Source: Azolla caroliniana
Taxonomy: Eukaryota > Plantae > Polypodiophyta
NCBI GenBank assembly: GCA_043228905.1
Contig: JBHGNT010000011.1
Span: 8,866,001 to 8,930,000, forward strand
Length of the DNA stretch: 64,000 nt
Direction: 5' to 3'
Shown: piece after piece, positions 13,886 to 26,815 of the stretch
Position numbering within the stretch: position 1 is the stretch's first letter
Layout: every line of letters begins with the position of its first letter
Made by a program: the position numbers and the translations under genes
The notes under the pieces: model-generated
Told to the model about the DNA's origin: nothing
The model's input: only the letters and a program-made list of their open reading frames with translations
The model's database searches: none

Positions 13886-14153
13886 AATGGTACATAACTT
13901 TAAAAGAACAAATGACCTAGCCTAATGGTATGTGCCTTGTGTTTGGTATGTGAGGTTGTGGGTTCAAGTCTCTCGAATGTTATTCAATACAATATTTTTC
14001 TATCGTGAAGCAAATCCTTCACGACACCTAAACCCTCACACGCTCCTATTCATCGAGGCCTCACATTTTATATAACCTTTTACAAAGATTTGAATAAGCT
14101 TATATAAATTGGTAGAAGTTATTTTCTCATCGTGGCATGGAAACGTCACGACA
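13886..14153 (-). mobile_element. Truncated LTR-like fragment between the two gag copies
   Basis: Begins TGTCGTGAC on the minus strand, interrupting LMNV|; AT-rich; other end missing. Confidence 0.5.
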
Positions 14154-15135
14154 ACGTTCATCAGTTTCCCCCTCTGTCCGACGTGGCACAAAGGGACTTC
14201 TCCGACATGCATGATTGGGTGAGTGTCATCTCTGGTTTCGACGACTCCTGGTTGTTTTGGTTTCTCCAAGAAAGAAAACCACTCTTTGTGGCTCGTCATG
14301 TGATTTGACGCACCAAAATCAACGTACCACACTTCCTCCGATTTGGAAGTGGTCCTATTCATCTAGTTAGCCCCGTGTTTCATTACCAAGGTTGGCCCTT
14401 TACCGGCTTTTCCGGTTTTGGATCCTCCCGATCCTTCTACGTAGTGCGACTATTGCCGGTTCTCTCTACCGGCCTTGCCGGATCCGAATCTGTCCGAATC
14501 GGCACACTTCTTCCAGCACTTGCTTTCTCTGTGGCCCTTTTTACCACATTACTAGCATTCCGTGTCAGCCTTTGCTTGCCGGCCTCCGGCGCCGCCTTGA
14601 CTCCCCCTGCTTGTGGAGGGTCCGGAACTATTGTCGGCATGTTCTCCTGCTCTTGCCGACTGGTACCATTGCGAGCCGACCCGCCTCGTCCACCACGCCC
14701 ACGGGGCCGATCCACCTCCATGTACAACATCCGGTTGTCGGTGGCTGCACTTGTTGACGCACCGGCCTGATTCTCCTCTACAAGGAGCATCAACTATAAG
14801 TAGAAAAATGACGGCGTATTCTCCCTTCTACATACCGCCGTTCGGAATGCTTTGAACTTAGACACTAGGCCCCCAAGACAGATCAACACCATCTCATCTT
14901 CCTCTACAGTGACATTGATAGAGGCAAGTGAGTCACATGTCTCTTTGATTCGGGCCGTGTAATCGGCTACCAACATGTCCTTCTGTCGAACATTGCTTAA
15001 CTCTTGTTGGAGTTGCAGTTTCTAGGCCGCAGTGCTTGCTGCGAAAACCTTCTTCACGTTTCCCCAAGCTTCTTTTGGCATCTTGGCATCTCGGACATGG
15101 CTCAGCAGCTGGTCTCCGACACTGGACGCAAAGCA

Positions 15136-15668
15136 GATACACATCAGAGCAAAACGGGGTGGCCAAAAGGAAGAACCCGTCAATTGTCGGCACGGCAAGA
15201 GGGCAATGCTAGAGGAGAAGAGTATGCCCCATTTCTACTAGGCTGAGGCGGTCCGGACGACCTTCTATATCCAAAACCGGATCAGTGACAAGGTGTCCGC
15301 ACATGAGCTTTATTTCGGACGCCAACCGAATTTGAGACACCTTCGGATATTTAGTAGCATTACCGATGTGCATGTGTCGGATGAGAAGCGGAGGAAGTTG
15401 GATGCAAAGTTGGAGAAATGCATCTTGGTCAGTTACTCGCATGAGCAAAAGGGGTATAAGTGCTATAACCCCTAGACGAAGTAGGTCCGAGTTAGTCGGG
15501 ATGTTGAGTTTGACGAGACGGCATCATGGTATGCCTTACCAACTGCGACTTCCGACCCCGACCCGATACCAGAGGATGAGGCTGGAGAGCCTAAACCGGT
15601 CCAGTCAGAAGACGAAGGGTTCGAGACTCTAGATGTGAGTCCGGAATCCTTTCGATTGAGTGGACCAT
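15136..15668 (+). mobile_element. Copia L3 (5'-truncated), integrase fragment
   Basis: SRYTSEQNGVAKRK...HLRIFSSITDVHV...KCILV; continues at 29022. Confidence 0.85.
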
Positions 15669-18600
15669 TATCATGAAGATTCCGGGACATGGTGAGAAAT
15701 CGGGGAATATCAGAGGAATCGGCAAGGTGCGCCATGTGCACCCACTCTTGTAAAACTTGTGTAGGGAAATGGGGGCGCCTTTATGATGCCGAGCGGCAAT
15801 AAAGTCGGGACGGACGATCCCATGTATCACGGGATTTATCACACATAGTCACGCGACCCTCACCTTGTTCTATAAAAGGGAGGGCGCGCTTCTTGTACAA
15901 GGGTTCCCACCCATTGGGTTCCAAACAGTTTTGTTCCACGTTTTGAGGTTTCGTTTAGTATTAATAAACTTCTGTGTATAACGTCTTTCTCTATTCTCTA
16001 TTAGGGTTTCATCTTGGTGTGTGTGTGTTCTCTATTCTCTGTTAGGGTTTCGGTGTCATTTGTGTGCGTGCGTAGGTGGCGTGTTTAGTTGTGGCTGGCA
16101 ACGTGCAGACTGTTTGCGCCTTCCCTGAGTTCCTGCTTGTTGGTCCTCAATACTCCACGGTCCAGTACGTCTGTGTGTGTGTGTGTGTTGGCTCCCGCCG
16201 CTTGTAAAGAGCCCGTGCACTGGCTGGTTTGTTGGCGAGTTTCCCTCCTTGGTGCGAAAGACCCAACTCGGTTCAGCGAGCCCGTGCGCTCCCCTGAAGG
16301 CGGCTTGGCGACAAGCGCTGGTCGTTCTGGAAGAGGCGTGCCCTGCATGAGGGTCCCATCGCGCGAACAAGCCTGGGAGCTCCCCGACTGGCCCTAGGAT
16401 ACAGGCTCCCTCTTCCTCTCCGTGTGAAACTAGCATTGCAGTGAGTGTTGCGTGTGTAGGTGTGTGTGTGTCTCCAGTTAGTGTAGGGTCCGAGAGTGGG
16501 TGCATGTGCGGTTGCCAATATAGAGGTGCCTGTTGTAACCGGGTGTGTATATGTGAGTGTGTGTGTGCGTGGGCGCGGTTAACTAGGCCGTTTCTCGTGC
16601 CTCTTTTGGGCCCCTTGTACATACGGACGGAACGGGCGGAAATGACGAGGGCGCGCTCCCTCACTTCCCGTGGCGGCCGTATCGGTGCACAAAGATGTCA
16701 AGGAGCTTCAAGAAGCTCACGAGTCGTGGGAGTCCTTTGAGGGAGCTCTATTGGAGGCATACGGATACGCGAAACTGGAGTGGGTATGCCAACAACCCGA
16801 TGGGGAGCGGTCGGCAACAACGTGGCCCGCGAGCGACAGAGAAGAGAGGGCGGTGAGCGGCTGCGCACTACCGCCGGAAGAGAGCTCGACGGGCGATCAA
16901 CCAGACGAGTACAACCTAGAGGCGTTGGTATGGAGGCGTGCGAGAGCGTGAAGGCGAAGTTCGAAGCCGAAGAAGGGCTTATTATGGAGTCGGGCCGGAG
17001 ACGATCGGAGGATGTGGAGGAAGAAGCCTCCCTATGCGTGGACGATGGGGCCTATGCGGAGGCCGGAAGAGCTTGCAACGACGACGACGTGGGAGAGAGT
17101 GCGGAGCAAGCGACCCTCTCATCTTGCGGAAAAGGACCAGCCATTGATGAGGCTGGTGACTACAAAGTGTGCAGCGCCAGTTCGAGAGTGGGCGGAGGAT
17201 TCGGGACACGGTGGCCCGAAACATCAACTGGGAAGAAGACGAGCGGTGGTGCCAGGATCTTACCCGCACCAGTTCTAGAGACTCCGGCATCCGGCCCGAG
17301 AGCCGGTATGAGACCTAGACTTACGGACGGTGGTGGCGGCAAGGCGGGGGACCGAAACGAGAACGAAGAAGATCCCTCGACATTGGGGTCGAAAACTTCG
17401 GCGGCTGCGTACCAACATAAGACCGAAATGGAGGTCGGGTCTACGGCAAGTGAAGGGCGTAAGCCGGAGCATGGACTACAGCCAGCAAAGGGCCAAGAAG
17501 CAAGCCTGCACCCGGAAGAGCGGCAACGAGTGACTGGCAACGGCGAAGGAGAACGATGGTGCACGGAGAACGATGGGGTACACGCCGGGAAGAGAAAGTG
17601 CGGTGTCCCGGAGGACATGCGAAGCCAAGAGGGTGCAAGTCGAGGCGAAGCGGTAACAAGAGTCGTGAAGGACACCGACACAAAGGTCGGTATGATGGTA
17701 CGCTCTACGACGACAGAGCACGACAAGCAAGGGGGAAGCGAGGAGCACGTAATGGGGTCACCTAAGGACCGAAGAACGAGCACGCATTCGGGGGACGACA
17801 ACGACACACGGAAAGGGCCTCCAGAAGGCGAGCGCGGGATGGAAGGAGTCGGCACGAGGTATTCGGGAGGAGGAGACGGTCGAACCGGAGGGACACACGC
17901 GGTACGTGGTACGCGGAATCCGGCGTGCGATCGAAGTGACCGGGGACCCGATCGGAGGACATACACGGCGGACAAAGGAGGGGTGATCGGATCGATAAGG
18001 GGTCCGGGAGGACCAATCGGGGAGGAAGGCATGAACGTCGGATATGGTGAATCGGATGGGGTAGACGGTTCGTGTGGAAGGGACGGGCATGCTCGAAGTG
18101 GAAGATAAAGTTGAGCAAGGTCAACAAGGATTTCCATGGAGGCGAGTTCTTGGAAGGAGGACATGCGTGGTCCAAAAATCAACGGGTCGGGGCCGGCAAG
18201 GAGCCGGCGAGACGGTCGAGTGCCGATAAGACGGAGGACCCGGTTGATCACCGTCGTGGAAATCTTTCACCCTTTTCCTTTCTTGGCGCAACCGGTGGAT
18301 GTGCGGTTTGGTAGGGTGGATGTCGTGAAGATTTCCGGCTATAGTGTGAAACCAGGGTGGAATGGGCAAGTCAGTGGTGTGCAACATGTGCACATGTATA
18401 GTAGGAAGACGGCGTATAGAATAAGGGGGAGTATTTATCCCACATTGTAACATCCCACATTGTACATGTATAGAATAAGGGGCTATAAAAGGAAGGGAGG
18501 GGTCTCTTGTGAAGCGGTTGCCTATTTTGAGTGAGAGAGGTCTACCACTTATGTCGAGGGGTTCTATTCGGTTTTAAGGGTTTCTTCTAGGGTTTTCTTC

Positions 18601-18917
18601 TGGGGTTTCTTTTATGGTTTCTATGCTTCTTGGCTTACTTATCCGGTTAGGGTTTTCTTGTAGTCATTTTTGGGATGCGGCCTATGCGGCCTTGGTTGTA
18701 ATCTTTTGTGAACTCTTAATATAGCATGTTGATGTTTCTTGTCTTGTGGGTGTACCTTGCCTCCATCTATTCTATTCTATGTTTATGTGCCATTCTTCCT
18801 CTTCTCCTCTTGAGCTAATCTTCCATTTTGGGTCTTATTCCTTCTCCTCTACTTCCTAGTCCAAGACACCTGTGGTCCCGCCTTGAATCCTACACGCGCT
18901 CGCGGAATATCGCGACA
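15669..18917 (+). mobile_element. Non-autonomous gypsy-type element 1: LTR-A (15669-~16673, 3' end deleted), gag remnant, PPT, LTR-B (18321-18917)
   Basis: Start TATCATGAAG (mutated TGTCGTGAAG); gag-like ESWESFEGALLEAYGY; PPT GGTTTGGTAGGGTGGA before TGTCGTGAAG. Confidence 0.75.
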
Positions 18918-20857
18918 TCTTTAAAGATGTCACAGTAATCCACGATTGCATGTCGGATCCAAGTGGGACCACCAGGGTCATGGACCAGGAGGGGAGGAGT
19001 TGCTGGAAACCCGAATCCTCCGGACCTTGCCGCATTGCCAGCTGGTTCAATCCCGAATACTTTCCGGACGCGGTCGGTAGCCGCACGGGAAGTGAGGGAG
19101 CGCGCCCTTGTCATTTCCACTCGTTCCATCCATATGTACAAGGGGCCCAAAAGAGGCACGGGACACGGCCCGGTTAACCACGCCCGTGCACACACACACT
19201 CACATATACACACCCGGTTACAACCGGCACCTCTACACCGGGGACCGCACATGCACCCACTCTCGGACCCTACGCTAACTGGAGACACATACACCTACAC
19301 ACGCAATGCTCGTTGCGATGCCAGTTTCACACAGAGAGGAAGAGGGAGTCTGCATCCTAGGGTCGGTTAGGGAGCTCCCAGGCTCGTTCGCGTGACGGGA
19401 CCCTCATGCAGTCTAGAAAGACCACCTCCTATCGCTAAGCCGCCTTTAGGGCAGTGCACGGGCTCGCTGAACCGAGTTGGGTCTTGCGCACCAAGGAGGG
19501 AAACTTGCCAATGAACCACCCAGCGCGCGGGCTCTTTACAAGCAGCGGGAGCCAACACACACACACACACAAACGTACTGGACCGTGGAGTACTGAGGAC
19601 CGACAAGCAGGAACTCAGGGTAGGCGCAAACAGTCTGCACGTTGCCAGCCACAACTAAACACGCCACCTACGCACGCACACAAATGACACCGAAACCCTA
19701 ACAGAGAATAGAGAACACACTGACACCAAGATGAAACCCTAATAGAGAATAGAGAAAGACGTTATACACAAAAGTTTATTAATACTAAATGGAACCTCAA
19801 AACGTGGAACAAAACTGTTTGGGACCCAACGGATGGGAACCCTTGTACAAGAAGCGCGCCCTCCCTTTTATAGAACAGGGTGAGGGTCGCGTGACTATGT
19901 GGGATAAATCCCGTGATACATGGGATCGTTCATCCCGACTTTATTGCCACTCGGCGTCATAAAGGCGCCCCCATTTCCCTATACAAGTTTTACAAGAGTG
20001 GGTGCACATGGCGCACCTTGCCGATTCATCCGATATTCCTCGGTTTCTCACCATGGCCCGGGATCTTCACGACATCCGTGCCCACCAAACCGCAGATCTA
20101 CCGACATGTGCCAAATTCGGGGAAGGTGAAAGAATCCGACAGGTGAGGAACCGGTCTTCCGTAATACACACTCCGGCTGCTGCATCGACCTTGCCAGTCT
20201 GCACCATCGGCTCCGGTTCCTCCTCGCGCTCGCCTCTCCGTAGGCTCGTTCGACCCGTCGATAGGTCCTTGCCGTGATCCGTCCTGCGCGTGTGCTCCCT
20301 TGTTGGCCCTTCTCTCGACGGCCTGCATGCTTCCCGTTCCTCTGGAATATGCAATGTTCTTCGTCCGAGGAGAACCCGTGATGGCCCGCTTAGCCTCCGA
20401 AGACCTTCACGTCGTCTTGGTTGCCATCCCTTGTCCTTCGTCGCCTTCGTCCCCTCACCACCACCTTCCTTCTCCTTGGTCTTACATCGCCATGTTGGCT
20501 CAAACTGCCAAGGTCTCGGGACCCGGTGTGGAGGATCCCTCTCCGGCCTTCTACGCGAGATCACCTGAACCGGCAACCATCCTTCGCGCCTATACTCCCA
20601 CTCTAGCACCTCCGTGTGCCATGCATCCCCTCCTCTTTGTTTGGCACCGCTCATGCCAAACTCCAATTACTTCCCATGCACACGTCGTCGGCCCTTGCCC
20701 GGCCAGATTATCCATTGACGTTGTTTCGCATGCCGATATCCTCCATGCTCGGTTCCCTCATTCTTGGCACCACCGTGTGCCATCCTCCATCGTCCTTGTT
20801 CGGCACCGCCTATGCCGAACAACGTCCCGTACCGTGCTTGCTTCGGCCCTCAATGGC

Positions 20858-23800
20858 TGTTAAGAAAACGTGAAGAAGGCACTCAGGCTCTTCTTATGTG
20901 CGCGGCGGATCGTAGTGTGCTGGATCGTTAGCGTGCTCTAAACAGACAGAGAAAGGAAAGGGGACTTACCTCTGTAGTAGCAAAATGGTTTTCTTCTATT
21001 ACATGTAGAGCTCAACTTGCTCTCGTCAGTCTTCTGGTCTCTCACTCTCTCTCAGAGTTCTCTACTCACTATTCTCTGTTTTTTCTTACTGCTTACTTCC
21101 TATTCACTCTCACTTACTTTTACCTAAGTCATAAGTTATTACACATGCAACTAATTAGCTGCCAGTAGCTAATTAGCTGTCAGTCGCTAAATAGCTGTTC
21201 ACTAGCTAATTAGCTGTCACTAGCTAAATAGCTGTTTTACCTTTTTGTTCACTAGTAGCTAAATAGCTACTATAGCTTATTTCTCATAAGCATCACATAC
21301 CATGTTGAGCTTGCTTCTCAACACTCCCCCTCAAGCTCAACTTATTCTTGCTTGAGGTTCTCTTCAATCTTCTTTTCCATTTTGCTTTTTAGCCATCTCA
21401 TCAATGTTTACAACTCCCATCATGTTCCGAAACTGTGTATGCTTTTCCACACTCAATCCCTTTGTGAGAATATCAGCAACCTGCTGATTTGTATTCACAT
21501 ACACCAGATCAACTTCTCCTTCAATCACTTTTTCTCTAACAAAGTGATAATGCACTTCAATGTGCTTTGTTCTTGCATGGAACACAGGGTTCTTTGCAAG
21601 TTGAATGCTGCTCATGTTGTCACACCAGATTGTGACAGTACCTTCTATATACTCTCCCAAATCAGCAAGCAATCTTCTAATCCATACCTCTTCACAAGTG
21701 GCTATTCAAGCCCCTCTATACTCAGCTTCTGTACTGGACAATGCAACAGTAGCCTGTTTCTTGCTACTCCATGAAATTCCTGCACTTCCCAAGGTAAACA
21801 TGTATCCACTTGTGGATCTCCTGTCTGTTTGGCTTCCAGCCCAATCAGCATCTGTATATCCTTCCAGATTTATGTCTAGATCAGCCCTGTAAAATAGTCC
21901 AAAGTTCTGAGTTGCTTTTACATACCTCAGAATCCTTCTGATGCAGTCCAAATGTGGCTTTGTTGGCTGTTGCATAAATTGGCTGACTAATCCAACTGCA
22001 TAACTCAAATCAGGTCTTGTTATGGTCAAATAAATAAGGCTGCCCACCATAGACCTGTACATGTTTACATCTTCTATCTTGGCTCCCAAATCAGCCCTCA
22101 ACTTGCAGTTTTTATCAAGTGGTACAGCAATAGGTTTGCATCCAAGCATACCATACTTTTTCAACATAGTTGTTGCATACTGTTTTTGCAACATACATAT
22201 ACCACTTTCAGATCTGATGATTTCAATACCAAGAAAATATCTCAGATCTCCCAAATCTTTCATATGAAACTGCATTTCCAGATTTTTTTTCAACTTTCTT
22301 ATTTCATCCACGGAATCTCCTCCAATAATCAAATCATCTACATAGATCAGAATAATAACAATGCAATCATTTTCACTTTTTACATACAAAGAAGGATCAG
22401 CTTTTGACATTTTGAAACCAAGATTTTTCAGAGAATCTGAAAGTTCTCTGTGCCATGCTCTTGGTGCCTGTTTCAGTCCATAGAGAGCTTTTTTCAGCTT
22501 ACATACATAATCAGGATGTTTCTTATCTTCAAAACCTGGTGGTTGACTCATATACACTTCTTCTTCCAAGTTACCATGTAAAAAAGCATTTTTTACATCC
22601 ATGTGATGCAAAATCCATTTTCTGGCTGCTCCTACAGCAAGTAGTGTTCTCAAGGTTGCCATCTTTGCAACCGGTGCAAAAGTCTCATCATAATCAATCC
22701 CTTGCATCTGAGCATATCCTTTTGCAACCAATCTTGCTTTATGTCTACTTACATTCCCATTGGAGTCATGCTTTGTCTTGTAGACCCATTTGCAGCCTAC
22801 CACATTTTTCTCTTTTGGTAACTTCACTAAATCCCACGTTTTGTTCTCAGCCAATGCATCAATCTCTTCTTGCATTGCATCCATCCATTTCTTCTCAGAT
22901 TTTGCTTCTTCAAAGCTGTTTGGGTCAGGGATCTGTACCACCTTAGACATATATGCATAGTGCATAGCCATATATGTATCATACCTAAATCTTTCCACAG
23001 TCTTTTTCTCTCTATCTGATCTTCTCAGTTTCTGATTTGCATTCTTTATTGCCTTTTCCATACCAGGGATTTTCATTTCCTGTATTCCAAGGAAATCATC
23101 CAAAGACATATCTGAATCTTCATCTTCCATGTTTTTTGATAGGTCATCCGGGATTTCATACTCTGGCATTTTCTGTTTTCCTTTTTTGTCATCAGATTTT
23201 TTCTGTCCAGTTTTTCCACTCCATGAATTTGAATCAGATTTACCATCTGAGCTTTTTGATGGTCCAGAACATTCTGTTGATGTTGGACTTTGCTGTCCAG
23301 CCTTGTCTCCATCTCTGTGACAGTCTTCTACATTTTCTGATCTGTCTTTGTCTTCATTTTGACAGTCTTCATCAGTCTCTAGATTCTGTTTTGGGCTGTA
23401 CCAACTAGCCAACTCATCAAATATCACATCTTGACTTGTCACAATCTTTTTAGTCACAGGGTTATAACATCTGTACCCTTTTTGTTCTTCTGAATATCCA
23501 ACAAAGATACATTTTTCTGCTTTTGGATCCAACTTACTTCTTACTTCTGCAGGCACATGTACATATGCAAGGCATCCAAACACTTTCAAGTGTTGTAAGC
23601 TAGGCTTCCTGCCATAAAAACACTCTTCAGGAGTTGCCTCATGTACTCCTGATGTAATACATCTATTTAAAATGTAATTTGCTGTATTTACAGCTTCTGC
23701 CCAATAGTATAATGGCATGTTCTTCTCAGTCATCATTACCCTTGCTATGTTCACCAAAGTTCTGTTTTTCCTCTCAGCAACTCCATTTTGCTGTGGAGTA

Positions 23801-26316
23801 TATCGGCATGTGAACTGTCTTCTTATTCCCTGATTACACAAAAAATCAGAAAATTCATTGGAGAAATACTCTCCTCCTCCATCAGATCTCAAACATTTTA
23901 TCCTTGTACCAGCCTGCTTTTCTACCATGCATTTAAACTTACGAAAACAGTCAAATACTTCACTTTTCTCCTTCATGAAGTACACCCATGTCTTTCGTGA
24001 ACAATCATCAATAAATGTAACATAAAATCTGCATCCACCAATAGATGCATTCTTTGTTGGTCCCCATACATCTGTATGTACCAAATCCAACAGATTTTTG
24101 CTTACATGTCTCTCATGAGGGAATGGCAACCTGTTTTGCTTACCATATTGACATGCTTCACATACTTTTCCCATTTCACACTTTTTCAAGTTTGGCAGTC
24201 CAGCCACTGCATCTTTTCTCAACATATTCTTTAATGTTTGCATACTTATATGGCCAATCCTTTTATGCCACATTTCCACATCTGAGATTACACTCGTTTC
24301 ATTTGCAAACATGGCTGAAATCTGTTTGGGCATTTCTACATCCAAGATAAACATTCTTCCTTGTCTCTTCCCTTTTGCAATGAGCTTCCCATTCTTTTCT
24401 ATATAGCATCCACTTGGCTTAAACTTTACTTGCATACCTTGCTCTACTATCTGTCCAACAGAAATCAGATTCTTAGCAAGGTTTGGAACATGCATCACAT
24501 TCAACATATACTTGGTTTTTCCTCTTTCTTCCCACAATGGGATATCTCCAACATGTTTTATTTGGTGAGTTGTGTCGTCACCTGTTTGTACATAACCAGG
24601 AACCTCTGGTTCTCTTAAACTCTCAAACCAATTTGCATGTCCAGTCATATGGTTAGATGCCCCCGAGTCTACATACCACGTAAACTCTTCATTACATTTC
24701 TGTGAGCTTTCAGCCACTGCTGCTATCTCATGTTCCACTACAAAAACACCTTCCTTTTCACAATCTTCACTAGTAGAGGCATAGTTACTCTGTTGTCCTT
24801 TTCCTCTTTTCTCATCATTTTGTTTCTTGTAACATTCAGCCTGTGTATGGCCTGGTTTACCACAATACCAGCAGCCATCATCATTTACATAAGTTTGCTT
24901 ACCTCTACTTCGGTTGCTCCCCCTGCCCCTGTTGTTGTTTCCTCCTCTATGAGCTTGTTGTCCTCTTCCTTGAAAACCATTATTATTGGTTCTTCCTGAG
25001 CCAAATCTTCCATGGCCTCTTCCTCGGCCTCTTCCGGCATTATTATAGAGGGCTTGCCCCTCGTTCTCTGAGTTTCCTTTATTTGCATCATCCATCTGAT
25101 TCCTTTCCTCTACCACAAGCATTGAGACCAGATCTGAAAAACTTGGGATACTATCCCTTGTGAGCATAGAAGTTTTAAAACTCTTGTATTGAGGTCCTAA
25201 GCCTCTTAAGCATATTTCCACTTTGTCATCATCTTCTGTCTTCACATTGATAGAAGCAAGTGATTCACATATACTCTTGATTTTTAGGGCATACTCATTT
25301 ATTGACATCTTACCTTTTTCTAAGGTGTTTAGCTCAGTCTTCAACTGTAGCTTTCTAGCTTTTGTGTTTACTGCAAACAGTTTTACCAAACTGTCCCAAG
25401 CTTCTTTTGGGAGCATAGCATCCTGTATGTGCCCAAGCATTGAATCTGAGATGCTAAGTGAGAGCCAATGCATTACCTTCCTTGCCCCTTGATTCCAATC
25501 TTTAAATGCCTTAATATGTGCAGCTGTTGCATTCTCTTCTGGGATCTCTGGAGCCTCTTCTAGGTCTCCTTCAATGTAATCCCAGTATCCTTTCCCCATC
25601 AGAAAGTTTGTCATTCTGAATTTCCACGCCGGGAAATTGTTTTTATCTAGTTTCTCTGTGACCATTTGGCCTACATTCTCTGCAGCCATTTTTTTCCTTC
25701 CAAAAACCAGGGTTTTGCTTTAGTTACTTCAACAAGTAACTTTCTGATTTCTGATCAGCAACCAGAGAAATAACTTTCTCAGATTAAGGCACTGCTATAC
25801 TCTTCCTTACGAGCTACTCTGCTCTGATACCATGTTAAGAAAACGTGAAGAAGGCACTCGGGCTCTTCTTATGTGCGCGGCGGATCGTAGTGTGCTGGAT
25901 CGTTAGCGTGCTCTAAACAGACAGAGAAAGGAAAGGGGACTTACCTCTGTAGTAGCAAAATGGTTTTCTTCTATTACATGTAGAGCTCAACTTGCTCTCG
26001 TCAGTCTTCTGGTCTCTCACTCTCTCTCAGAGTTCTCTACTCACTATTCTCTGTTTTTTCTTACTGCTTACTTCCTATTCACTCTCACTTACTTTTACCT
26101 AAGTCATAAGTTATTACACATGCAGCTAATTAGCTGCCAGTAGCTAATTAGCTGTCAGTCGCTAAATAGCTGTCAGTCGCTAAATAGCTGTTCACTAGCT
26201 AATTAGCTGTCACTAGCTAAATAGCTGTTTTACCTTTTTGTTCACTAGTAGCTAAATAGCTACTATAGCTTATTTCTCATAAGCATCACATACCATGTTG
26301 AGCTTGCTTCTCAACA
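20858..26316 (-). mobile_element. Full-length young Ty1/copia element (LTRs 20858-21323 and 25833-26316)
   Basis: Perfect TSD ATGGC; iMet PBS; PPT GAGGGGGAG; LTRs differ by about two substitutions and one 18-bp repeat unit. Confidence 0.97.
21364..25689 (-). CDS. Copia gag-pol polyprotein (gag, Zn knuckle, protease, integrase, RT, RNase H) with one in-frame TGA at 21706-21708
   Basis: 1327-aa ORF with CWYCGKPGHTQAEC, DSGASNHM, HTDVWGP, RSDGGGEY, YVDDLII, DADWAG; the frame resumes as IATCEEVWIRRLL...QVADILTKGL. Confidence 0.93.
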
Positions 26317-26460
26317 ATGGCCACTCGCACGCCTCTTGGTCCACTCCGATCTTACCCCTCACCGGCTTCCTTCCGAAACCGTAACCAGCCGGTAAGGGTT
26401 CGGCCCTCGTCAGCTCCGGCCTAGCTGGCCCCCGGCCCGCTCTTCTTGCATTGTCGGTTC

Positions 26461-26815
26461 CCGTTTCCCGCCGCCATCTTCCTTCTCACTCGGTCTCACG
26501 TTGCCATGTCGGCTTGAACTGCCGGTGTCTGTGGATCGGTGTGAGGATCCCATAGGAACGCCCATTCGCATTGTCCGCATCGCCAGTTCCCGTTTCCCGC
26601 CACAACCTTCCTTCTCACTTGGTCTCACGTTGCCATGTCGGCTTGAACTGCCGGTGTCTCCGGATCGGTGTGAGGATCCCATAGGAACGCCCATCTGCGC
26701 TGCCCGCATCGCCGGTATCCGTTTCCCGCCGCCACCATCCTTCACACTCGGGCTCACATTGCCATGTCGGCTTGAATTGCCGGTGTCTCCGGATAGGTGT
26801 GAGGATCCCATAGGA
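26461..26815. repeat. 129-bp tandem repeat, about 3 copies
   Basis: CCGTTTCCCGCC starts at 26461, 26590 and 26719. Confidence 0.85.

Larger units (their letters stand above)
6650..15135 (-). mobile_element. Copia L2, 3' part: 3' LTR 6650-7108, PPT, RNase H/RT, integrase core deleted (~12850), two tandem gag-protease copies
   Basis: LTR pairs with 56195-56613; perfect TSD AGACA at 6645-6649 and 56614-56618; motifs CWYCGKKGHRESEC, WYVDSGVSNHM, SKKQPMVALSSTE. Confidence 0.88.

Noticed and set aside
16780-18251. Long overlapping ORFs (442 aa +, 363 aa -)
   Set aside because: GC-rich, low-complexity internal sequence with no recognisable domain
15995-18660. TTAGGGTTT motifs as telomeric sequence
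   Set aside because: Isolated telo-box-like motifs in LTRs, not tandem arrays
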